Shown here one piece after another: positions 26,304-37,090 of a stretch of 64,000 nucleotides of DNA. The notes under the pieces were generated by a model. The model ran no database searches. It saw nothing but the letters and a program-made list of their open reading frames with translations, and was not told where the DNA came from. How positions within the stretch are numbered: the stretch's first letter is position 1; every line of letters starts with the position of its first letter. The stretch covers positions 1-64,000 of the forward strand of contig MCFE01000164.1 of the NCBI GenBank assembly GCA_002104905.1, written 5' to 3'. The stretch is from Basidiobolus meristosporus CBS 931.73. Its lineage: Eukaryota > Fungi > Basidiobolomycota. The position numbers and the translations under genes are program-made.

Positions 26304-28521
26304 GATCATACCAGATATTTAGTGCTATAATTGTATATAGTATAGATGTATGTAGTATATAGAGTCCTAATAAATCCAGAGTATCCACTAGAAATACCCC
26401 CGATCTGCTTACGCTTTCCATTCCCTTATTAATCCGCCGGACCCCTCTGAGTGCTTGCTTATCGTCTAGATCTCAGCAAGAGTTGTTTTGTTATCGGCCA
26501 AAGAGACTCGATATATTTGGACTGGCCCAATTGTTTGGCAGAGTGGGTGACGGTCAATTGTTCGGATCAGCAGCGCAGAGCAAGATCCAGACGAAAGAAA
26601 ATGTACGGTTGAACCATTTGGTGGGCAATCATGATAAGGCAGGCACTATGACGTTGGTAACTGGAGCCTGCCAGCTGAATTGGAAGCCGTCTAGAGCGTT
26701 GATAATGCTGTGGAGGTGGCTAGTACCGACCCGTTATCTCATTGCTTGGGCGTCGTTGGGAGCGAAGTTCGCTATTTTTAGATGATGAGGAGATTTGTCA
26801 TACAAACTCACCACGCAATGATGCTTTGTCAGACGGGATCGTGCTTCCATTGGGGGCTTGTGCTATAATTTGTTTGTGCTACGACTGCCACTGCCAGGAG
26901 TGTCACGATGTGCTGAGGTTAAGGGTCGACCGCCTGCCCAAACTGACCGGAGTGGCTAGTGATCGATCCTGACCGCTCAGCCTAGGTAAATCATGAAGTC
27001 TCCAACCTGCCAATCTTGGTAATTGCCAGGATCTAATTATGTACGAGAAATGAGTGCTGCTACAGGTGGACATCGAGGCCTCACCAAGACCAAACAAAAG
27101 CCAAATAAACAGCCGTCCGTTTTGGGCGCATCTGGTCGTAATTGGTCCCGTACACGTGCGACAGCGAACCTGGAGTCAGGCTGGGATGGGATTTCGTATC
27201 GTATCAGAACGGTGTATCGGACTAACTTGCCATTTCACCGTAAATTTCGAATCGCTGACTATTTTGGAGCGTGCAATTTCAGCAGCCCCAATATGTCCAT
27301 CAATATCCACATGTACTGACCCGATGATAGCTACCAATCCACTAACATCTACGGACACCAATATTGAGCTAGCTCCCCATCCGTACATATTGGAAGTAGC
27401 TTGTTCCGCCTGATATAGCGATAGAGATGATCTCCTCTGATCCATATTCGGAGTTTCCTTTTAAGGGGAAGGATGAAGGGGGTGGTGAGCTTTCAAACCA
27501 GATTAGGGAAGGATTGCTGCTAGGGTACCAGCAAGGGAGTTTTTTCCGGGCCTCGAGGACACGATGGTTGTCAGGGCGAGGGTAAGGGGCAACGCATTCT
27601 CGCAGCACCATGGCGCTTGGGGTGCAACCGAGATCCTCATTCTAAGGCGATTGCATCCACCCAACATCAATGCCAACCACGTCAGAATTCGCCAGCAGGC
27701 ACAACGATGTGTCGGGTGAATACCCAAAAACACCAGGTTTACCTTACGAAGCATAGGCCGCACCATTAATGGTCAAGCTTTGAAACACTGCCGTGGATGG
27801 ATGGAGATATCGACCTGGCCGACAACATGCTAGGAAACAATGGATTGGGAAGGATAACTAATAATGGAATCTAGCCCAAAGATCCCAAATCTATCCGGCT
27901 TGCCTGCCCAAAATTGTCTAATTGACGCAACTTATAGAACATACCAAATTCCCATATCCACCAAATGCATTCATCGGATATAGGTGGATGGGATACTCGA
28001 GGTACTCAGGTGTTTGGTGTAATGCTTGACACTAGCCCGCCAGTCTTGGGAATTGCCAGTGCGTGCGTAACAAGCATGTCTGTTAGGGCGAGGGGGCTGC
28101 ACAGGCACTCGATGGCCCTCCATTGCTCAATACTGGATTCGAAAGTGAGTCGATGGATTGCACTGTGCTGGTCTGCGTGGAGCTACCTTTAAAGATCCCG
28201 GACGTGGAAAGTCCGGAGCACCGGGCTAGAGTGTCAATCGGCGGCTGCCGGATGGCACCGAGCAGCAGGCCAGCGAGCGTTGGCAATTCTACGGACGATT
28301 GGGATACATCGATTTATTACTTACAGTTATCTCAAGCGTGAAAACAAAATGTCTTGCATAGCTCAACCATCCTATCGAGCATGTGTACAACACTATCAGG
28401 GTGGAACTAAGCCAAGTGTACAAAATTCCTACATACATTCCCACTAACCACTGGGCCAGTGGCTGTTCTAAGGCTAGGTCAGCGTATATTAATACCCGTG
28501 ATGCGACAATCTGCCCGAGGA

Positions 28522-29091
28522 TCACGAGTAATTCAGGATGTTGCTCAGCTGAAATCCTCTTTGCCGGCCACAGTCCACCTCACTTTTCAGACACCCGTTG
28601 TCTGACGCACCGATCGATGAGGCACGGCCTGAAGTAAGCAGACGATAGGAGCTTCGCACAGCGCTATGCGGGCTGGTTGGACTGGTTGCATGAGGGGAGT
28701 AGCATTTATCAAGATATGGATGGTGAAGGCAATGGCCCATGAAGTCCTCATTCCCCAGCTTGATCGGCGAATTTCTTTCAGACGGTGGATTGCCGCGGCG
28801 GTTAGGGCCATGCTGGTCCCACAACACGCCATGGCGAGGGGCGGTGGAGGAAGCTTGATGTTGACGACGGTGCCTCGACAGCTCATCGGACCTGGAAAAC
28901 CGCTTCCCGCAGTTCAGCGCCGGACAAGCATACGGCTTCTCCCCGGTGTGGATTCGGAGATGTCTGGCCAGATGCTCGTTGCGGCGAAAGCCACGGTTGC
29001 ATATATAGCACTTAAATGGACGTGACACTTCACTGGGCACTTCCTTGGGCTGTAGGATGAATGAAAGGCTGAAGGCTTTGACGCTAGACAT
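28522..29091 (-). CDS. Two-finger C2H2 zinc-finger TF, paralog of 25647-26303, 189 aa, intronless
   Basis: [53 protein letters not shown]. Confidence 0.9.
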   Translation of the reverse strand: MSSVKAFSLSFILQPKEVPSEVSRPFKCYICNRGFRRNEHLARHLRIHTGEKPYACPALNCGKRFSRSDELSRHRRQHQASSTAPRHGVLWDQHGPNRRGNPPSERNSPIKLGNEDFMGHCLHHPYLDKCYSPHATSPTSPHSAVRSSYRLLTSGRASSIGASDNGCLKSEVDCGRQRGFQLSNILNYS

Positions 29092-30598
29092 TTTGACGGG
29101 TACAATGATTTGCAGGTTGGCAGGGCCTGGTGAGCATTATATATTCAGGGCTGCAGTACACCATCAATACCAATGATTAAGGTGACAACATGAACTACCA
29201 TCTTACAGCAAGGTGATCACACTTTCTGAATCCCCTATAATCTAGCGGCTGTAGCTGAATGGTCTACCTACCGCCTAGAGAATTGTCACAATGGTTCTCG
29301 CCAAATGTTGACCCCTTAATCCACACTGGAACTTGCTGATCCTTCCATAGGTTATAACAAACTATCCGAAGAAACATAGCCATTGGCCTCAGCCAGGTGG
29401 GGCTTCCTGTACGTTCGTAATACATTCGGTATTTGAGTCCCGAAATGCACCGATTTCATGATCCCTGTGAGATTGGACTGACTCCACAGTAGAAATGGTT
29501 TTTGAACTGAGGATTTGGATGCGTCGATTGAATCAGTGGCCAGGCATTTAACGTGAGGTCTGTGAGCCACATTAGGATTGATCGACAGCCAGTCAGTCTA
29601 GTGTTTGGAGAGTAAATCCCCCTTCATGTAGGTGAGACGCTGTTTATGCGGCAGCATGTATGTGGATTGCATGGAAATACATCGCTGAGAGGCGTGCTGT
29701 ATTTACCTCAGGCCTAGCCAATCATCCCCCAACAAGAGGGTGTTAAAGGAACCATCCAAAAGGGTAAGCCTCCCTTAGACGGACGTTCTGGTGGTGTCCG
29801 GCCTCGAAGGTGCAGGGTTCATGTCTGACGCTAGCGAGCACGGGGTCTGGATTGTCGGTGAGTCATATCCGATTGGGCTGTGCAGTCTTGCGCTAAGCAG
29901 CTCGTCGAAGCTAGTGCAAGACTGCAGCAACACAGACCTTTTGTTCACCTCTTGCAGGACACACCCACCGCATGCTGATCTACCAAAATCTGATCGAGAT
30001 GGGAATCTTGGGAGGCTGCGTGGTGACCTCTCGCAGCGCATCACCCGTGTGTCTGAGTAACTAGAGTCATAGAGGCAAATATTTGGATTCCCCGTTGCCA
30101 ACCTGCATCAGCGAATGGTGTTGGTCCCGGTGAATCCGCCACCGTGCCCACAACAACAAACCGCCACCTGATGCGGCCGTGGCCATGGCATGGCTTCATG
30201 ACTGTCCGTCTGGCGGTGGCATTTGCCACGAACACTCGCCGTCCGACAAACCACCGCCTAGGCCTCCATATCAATCTAACTCATCCAGCAGTGGCTCCCT
30301 GATAAGGGACCATGTTTCGTGCTGCATACAACTCTCTAGCTTGCCTGACACCGCAACCCATTGGTTGATCCCAAGTGTCTGATCACTTGACAAGATGAAA
30401 CTCAATCGCACGTGACATGTATTTGGTGGGTTTAGAATGGATACAGGATAAGAGAAACTGGGTTCACAAGGGGAAGTCCTTGGGGGCAGCCGCAAAGCCG
30501 AGCGGGGACGCGGGCTGGCGTCTCCGGGATTTTTCAACAAAATTCAATATAATTACAAGATAGCGGGGTTATGTTAGATCGATGGATTCCTCGGGATC

Positions 30599-33003
30599 CT
30601 AGGAGAGGTTCCAGTTGGGGTCGTCGATGCCATGGATGGTGCCTGTGGGAGTCGAGTTTGTACTCAGCTTGGGCGGGATCCTGGGGCTGCGGCTTATCTT
30701 CCCGAAGAGCGCGTTCCTCAGCGCCCTCCTCGCAAAAACCGTCAAGCCCAAGCCGGCCCAGTCTTCATCATGAAGCTCGCGCAGATCCCCCACTGTCATG
30801 ACATCCTGGTCTTGTAGCTTCGCCAACCAGTCGCTGGCCTTGTCCGCCGAGCGGTTGGTCGCAATTGCGACATCCCGGACGATCTCTTCAACCGGGCATT
30901 CATCAGCATAATCTAAGAGTCCACGTCAGTATGTACATCCGCAGGAAAATCCATTTCCTCCGGTACTTACCCCGGACAGACAGCGCGTCTTCGTATTCGG
31001 TCTTCCACTCGTGGATGGAGGACACCCTCGACAAATTGCCGGAGGGAATGTCCACTGCTTGTGAATAGCCTTCACCATCAGAGGGGGTGGAGCCCAAGAC
31101 CGGTGCGGTGCTTGGCTGCATGATATCATGCCCTTCCATGGTGGACAGTCTCTTCTCCACCGGAGTCGCTGGCTTCTTTTCCCCTGTGAACAGTTTCAGC
31201 GCGTTCGCTAGGAAGTTCCTTCCCGCTTGTGTTAACGATCTGGTATGCTGGTTCTCGAGTGCCTGCTGCTCGGGATCGTGAAATGCAGTATCTACACCAG
31301 TGAGGTTCACCGTCCGCTCTTCTGCCGCTCGGGCTCGTTTCTCCGAGAGCTCCGCCTTCTTCTCCGCCTCAACGGCCCGTTCATTAGCTTTGGCGAGCTC
31401 CCGCTTCGCAAGGTCCAACTCGGAAAAGATCCCACTTCCGTTCTTGCCCGAGCCCCGAAGATCGTGGTGGATCGATTCTTCTAGCTGAGCTTTGCTTAAC
31501 TCCTTCAGGATCCGGTTGATCTCAAATGTGATAAGATGCTGGTACCGTTGCGGGAGGACGTCCTCCTCGATCTAACAACGCAAGATTAGCACAGTCGCCA
31601 TACTTGGCTCGACAGATGGAAAGCCCTACCATCTCTCTAACTACTTCCTCCGCGGTATCCGTGTCGACATTGAAGTCGAATTTCACAGAGATTCTGTCGG
31701 TGCCCTTGAAAACAACCTGTAAAGTCAGCTGAGTCTTGGTTTCGTCCGATGTCAACAAGACGATCTCCGGATCAGCGGCCAAAAACGGGTGGTTCAAGAT
31801 CTCCTGGGCGGTGTATCTTGGATCAAGAGTGAGTGGATGTGGTTGAACACACATATGTTCCCGGCACGTACCTTTCGTTTTCATCCGATAAGCAATTCTG
31901 GATCAACGCCAACACCTCTGGATCCTGGACCTTGGCGAGGCAGGCGGGCTTGATCCCCTGCGAGACCTTCTTAAACACCTGGGCGGCGTTTTTGCACTCG
32001 TTGTAGGGATACTCGCCAGTCATCATCTCCAGAAGACACATCCCGAAGGCGTAGATGTCGACCTTCTCGCTGTACCCCTTTTCCTCGTACATCTCCGGTG
32101 CCATGAACTCCGGGGTCCCTAGAATCATCCTGATTAGCAAAGAGTCGAGTGACTCCTCGAAGGTGACCTACCGATGACCGTATACTTCTTCCCCAGTTTC
32201 ATTTTGGCGGTTCCCATGTCGCCGATTTTAACCTCTCCTTGGGCCCCGTTGATGAAAATATTGTCGCACTTGATGTCACGATGGATGATCGGCGGATCAT
32301 GGGTGTGCAAATAAGAAAGCCCTTTGAGGATCTGACGGGACCAACGCTTGACGATCTTTATGTTGGGCAGGTTAAGCTTTTGGATGTACCTGGAGAAGAA
32401 ACGGTCAGCGTGCGACCAGTGGGATCTGGCAAGGTTAGCGTGCTTACTCTCGTAAGGTCCCCGAGGTCATGAGCTCCGTGATAAATACGAATTCCGGATT
32501 CTTGTACCAGGCATCGTGAAAAGCAATGATGTTGGGGTGTCTTACGCTCTTTAGGATCTCGATCTCTTGGGTCAGATCCAAGTATTCCGATTTCGAGGTC
32601 TTTTGCAACAGAAATTAGGACAAGGTCATGGGGGACGAAGCGACCAACCAGTACCTGAAAGCAGTTCCAGGCCACCTCAAGGCCCTCCTCACGATCGATA
32701 GCCTTATACACCACCTTATAGGCACCCTTGCCCAAGATCGTATTCAACTGGAGTAGGAAAGGTGGAGGCAATAAAGAAAAGATGAGACAGGACCGACAGA
32801 GCAGCGGAGTAAAGAGTAGATAAAACCTTGGCAAAACGAGCTTTTGGGCCTATCTCAACAATTTTCTCTATTCCATCGTTGGTACGGTCTATGGTTGGTA
32901 AATCATTGTCGGCATCGGGGGTGCCTTTGTGTGAGTTTGGCCTTTTTATCTCGGTATCACTGCCGCTTCCAGAATCTACACTTTGGGCTGAAGCGTTTGA
33001 CAT
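30599..33003 (-). CDS. WNK: WNK (With-No-lysine) Ser/Thr kinase, ~662 aa, 8 exons: 33003-32827, 32747-32655, 32599-32448, 32389-32172, 32118-31872, 31816-31630, 31571-30971, 30912-30599
   Basis: Hand-spliced with seven GT-AG introns in consistent phase. [10 protein letters not shown] places the catalytic Lys in subdomain I, and EVAWN lacks the usual subdomain II Lys. Also [27 protein letters not shown] and [12 protein letters not shown]. These are followed by an autoinhibitory/CCTL-like segment ([24 protein letters not shown]), a coiled coil and a SAM-like C-terminus. Confidence 0.95.
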
Positions 33004-33787
33004 GGTTGAGGCAACACTAGATACTTGTTTCCTGGTAAAATCCCTGGGTTTCGGAACGAGATAGAGTCTTGTGCGAGTATTTACAGGATTGTGCGTTACG
33101 TCAGAGAGACTTGGGAGGCTGCTTAAGAAAAAACACTACTCAAAAGGAGGGGAAAGGGCTATCCACTGATTCTATAAGTAAGCGGTTGGTGTCCAAAACG
33201 CAACTCGATTCAACTCCGCTCAACCGTTTCTCCTTAGAGAGGCCTCGTGGACGAGCTGGTAACAAAGTATGGATGAGGTCACGTGCACCAGGTGAGGTGA
33301 GCATTTTCTTGCATCATTTTTCATCGGATTACCCATCCGGAATGCTACCGAGCCATGGGCTTTATTATCCGAAAGCCAAAAATACCCGGATTTATCATGC
33401 AGGATATTGGGAAGCGAGAAGATTTGTTGTACCAGTCAGAACGCATGCAAACCGAGACAGCAAATAAATCAGATCAGATCAGATTAAGTTTGAGGTACGA
33501 GAGGCATTAAATGTAGATAGGCTCCATCCCAATCGCCGTGAGCCATCAGGGGATTCGGGGCATCGATTACGATCCTCCAGAACAAGTAATACTTGGCACT
33601 AGGCTGGGGCATTGGAGGCACTGTAAGGAAACGATGTGGGTGAGGGACTTTATTGGATTGGATCTTGGGCACCAGTTGCAATGAGCCCTGGTCAGAGTTT
33701 GGGTTGAGAAAGGGATGTTTTTTGGGGGCTCAAATCAAGTGATGGCGGTCAGATCGAAGGTTCCTTGAAGTGGAGTCCTGAGCTAAC

Positions 33788-35416
33788 TTACTGTTCAAAC
33801 ATCTCTTGGAACACCGGGCCAATCTCATGGATAAGATCCGACGTCTGCATGGACCGCTGGACGCGGTCAAACGCCTTCTTGGAGCAACTCCTGACCGCGA
33901 GACACCCGGCGTAGGCCGCGATGGGCACGATGTCGGCAAAAGGAATGTTTGAGGAGTGTCTAGGGAGGGAACATGTCAGTATAGGCCCTGCGAAGGAAAG
34001 ATTCGGGGGAACTGTCCCAACTTCCAAACCCGGTTCTCATATGCAATCCCAAATGCCAGGAACGTGGCAATCGCCCCGGAAAGAACATCCCCCTGACCCC
34101 CACATCTTTTCAGGCCGCCCTCCGCACTGCAGGTGTATACTGGTGGAAACGTTAGTTCGCCACTCCACGCTAGGGCTAGTGACCGCGGGACGACTCACCG
34201 ATTTTCCCATTGGATATGATATCCTCGTGGCCCTTCTGAACAACCGTCACGCCGTCAAAGGCTTTGCTGAGCTCCTCAGCCATGGCTTCCTTGCTCGCTG
34301 TCGAGTTTTCTATTCCCTATCAGGAGAGGTGGGTGAGTTCAAGGAAACGGCGCTTCCTGGAGGTTTCGGCTGACCATTGCTTCGCAAAGACGCTTGAACT
34401 CCACCACGTTCGGGGTGAGGATGGCTTTCCGATATCCCTTGACAACGTCCGGGTCCTTCTGGACAAGATACAGGCCGTCCTAGCAATGTAATGTTGGTTT
34501 CTGCCGCAGGAGTAGTGGTCAGCGGGAGAGGTTTACGATACCGCATCAATCACTATCGGGATCTCTTTCTCGCGGGCAACTTGGATCAGCTTCTTGGTCG
34601 TCTCCAGCATGTAAGCGTCTCTGGACAATCCTGGTCCGAACACAAGGACGTGGAGCCGCGGATAGAGTGCGATAACCTTCTCCACGATCTCGTCCACCGT
34701 TAGTTCAGGCTCCTTGCTGGATTGGGGAGCTTAGTACACGTCACGATCGGATAGTGCTACCGAATTCTTACGTGCTCTTACGAAGGTACGGGTGGACGAT
34801 CAAGTCTGAACAAATCCAAGTCAGCGAGGCGCTTGCACACTGGTTGTGGGGAAGTTAAGTACCTGGTGAATAGCTCTGAAACAGAATTAGTCAGTTGAGA
34901 CCGGTGGTCCTCAGGTGAAGCGAGACTCACTTTGATAACCACCCCCGCTCCGAGCTCGCAAATTACGTGGGCGAGATCGGCGCCCTGTGCAGGAAAGTCA
35001 GCCGGAAAGAAACAGGGGCATCGAAAAGTGGAGCTCTTACAAACTTAAGCGAGGAGATCGCACTAAAATATGGGGCGCCGGTGTAGCTAAGGTTGAAAAG
35101 TAAGCGTGCCGACCAAGGTGGAAGTGTGAATTGCTCACTTACTCTTCGGAGCCACCTACGACACCAACTCTCCCTAACAACAGAGGTCAATAGAACAGTC
35201 CGCCGCACCACTCCGTAGGGTGCACATACCTGCTTGGCCTTTGTGCAAGGCGGAGGAGAGAGGTGGGATGATTTCTTGAATGTCTTGCATAGACGGTTGC
35301 AGGTCCGACATTTTGCTGAGGCTCCTGTGTATCCCTGCGCTTTGATGAAACTTCTGGTGTCTTAAGGCTTGTGTGTACGAGAGTCCCTTGAGTATCGGGC
35401 CGAACTTTCTTAACAT
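33788..35416 (-). CDS. NAXD: ATP-dependent (S)-NAD(P)H-hydrate dehydratase, ~350 aa, 11 exons: 35416-35230, 35173-35143, 35086-35041, 34984-34931, 34875-34863, 34805-34772, 34716-34542, 34479-34375, 34316-34199, 34139-34022, 33959-33788
   Basis: The spliced product reads [48 protein letters not shown]...SYSPDLIVHP...VFGPGLSRD...VIDADGL...ILTPNVVEF...VQKG...[11 protein letters not shown]. These are the family motifs of yeast NNR2/YKL151C and human NAXD/CARKD. All ten introns are GT-AG and in phase. Confidence 0.95.
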
Positions 35417-36006
35417 GAACTATCAACGGGCCACTCTGTCGTAGCTTATTCCTAAGCGGATTGTGGCTCTCAGTAACGCGATTTCATAATCATCGCACAC
35501 GGATAACGTCATGCTCCCAAATGGATATATTCGTAGCGGGTTCGCAAATGATTTTTGCCTCGTGAAAAGCCGAGGCTTTCGAGGGGATTGGCCCAACTAT
35601 ATGCCCCAGATCTGAATCGTGGTGGCATTTGGGCAACTCGAAATGAGCAACGCTAATGTGCACAAAATATGCCAATCCTGTAATTGGGTTGTTTCCCCTA
35701 TGGCTCGACGACTGAAGCAGGAGTATTTAGGAATAGTACAAATTACCAGCAATTGGCTGGAATTTGGACCAAATGGCTGTCCGGAATGTTACTAGTCGCC
35801 CATTCTCTTTACCCAAAAACGTTGATTGGCTAGTTACCTGAGCTAAGGTTACAAGTGATGTGTTGTGGGTAGGTACAATGTGTGAATTTCTTAGTGATTA
35901 GGATCATGATAGTGCAAGCAAGCCCCATACACATGTATATGAGTGTATTCAAATGTGGGAACAACTATATTGCCCGTTTTCTGAATAATGAGTGCTCTTT
36001 TGTAGC

Positions 36007-36630
36007 TGTTGTAGATTTTGTAATTACATCTAAATGTTCAATGTCACTTGATTCATAGTCCTCAAGTCTTGGCATACCTTGCCCAAATTCTTTGAGAGGA
36101 CCTACTTAGGATACTTTACCAGATATCAGGTACCCAGGACATGAAAACATGTCAAATTGCCAAGACTTATGCATTTGCTCCTGAACCCTTCTAAGAATGG
36201 TTCATATGTTTGTTTTGCAATCAGCAGCAGGGCATGAATTTCTGATTACATTGAAAATATCACAAAGTGAAAGCCACATTTACATGAAAGGCTCCTTGGT
36301 TAAGTATTGAGCAGTTCAAGTCTTAGGGTAAATATCACAATTAAACTGTATTATGCCAATATCTTAGTCACTTAGATCATTACTTCTCTGACCTATACTC
36401 ATTATCTGAGTTAGCCTCAGGTGTTATAGTAAAATAATTCTAAGATTTCTAGAGATTGCCACACCTCAAACACTTGCTATTGAAAGATTCCCCACTATTG
36501 CTTCATGCTTACTTTGAGAAGGATATGTCAAAACAGTCCACCAATTTTACATCAGATACATCATTATGTGAGTATCATTATACCAGCTTACTTTCCCAGT
36601 AACTTCCAAAGGCTCAAGACTCTTACAACT
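36007..36630 (+). repeat. Old, diverged copia-like LTR remnants
   Basis: Starts TGTTGTAG, contains GTCACTTAGATCATTAC and ends CAAGACTCTTACAAC, like the younger LTRs. Confidence 0.5.
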
Positions 36631-36666
36631 GTTTATAAACTACAGGGTCTCACTCTCTGTAGTGAT

Positions 36667-37015
36667 TGTTGTAAAAGCTTGTAATTCCACCTAAATATTC
36701 ACCTAACTTGGTCACTTAGATCATTACCTTCAAATCCTAGAGAATACCAACCAAATTCCATGTTGGGATTTACTTGTAAAATTTTCACCAAAATACCAGG
36801 TATCCAGAACATGAAAATTCTCAAAGTTGTCCAAACAGCCCCAAACTTTGCACACATGCTCTTGCAACCTTTATTAGCTAATCCTACATGTTTGTAATGC
36901 CGAGACCATGTAAAAGTATAAATACTACTTTTACATTTGATAAATCATTAAGTGAAAACCACATAATCTACTTGTTCTCCAAATCACTTCCAATATCTTC
37001 AAGACTCTTACAACA
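36667..37015 (+). repeat. Copia LTR (349 bp), candidate 5' LTR paired with 55329-55656
   Basis: TGTTGTAA...TTACAACA ends. An internal 11-bp inverted repeat (36908-36936) surrounds a TATAAA box. Confidence 0.9.
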
Positions 37016-37077
37016 CTTTTCAGCAAAGGGAAAATTGCAGTAATATGAGGAGTAGATATTGCAGAGAGTAGCGGCTT

Positions 37078-37090
37078 GGGGCTCATAGCC
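37078..37090 (-). promoter_or_regulatory. Copia primer-binding site, half-tRNA-iMet (hemivirus) type
   Basis: GGCTATGAGCCCC lies immediately after the LTR end on the minus strand. It resembles the Ty5 and Drosophila copia PBS GGTTATG(A/G)GCCC. Confidence 0.7.

Noticed and set aside
29245-29290. tRNA-like start GCGGCTGTAGCTGAATGGTCTA
   Set aside because: No T-loop (GTTCRA) and no matching acceptor stem, so it cannot fold as a cloverleaf.
33466-33484. (AGATC)3 microrepeat between WNK and NAXD
   Set aside because: Too short to be meaningful.
25521-34703. Many 60-150 aa ORFs overlapping or antisense to the zinc-finger, WNK and NAXD genes
   Set aside because: Shadow ORFs of GC-rich coding sequence, or exon-plus-intron read-throughs already explained by the spliced models.
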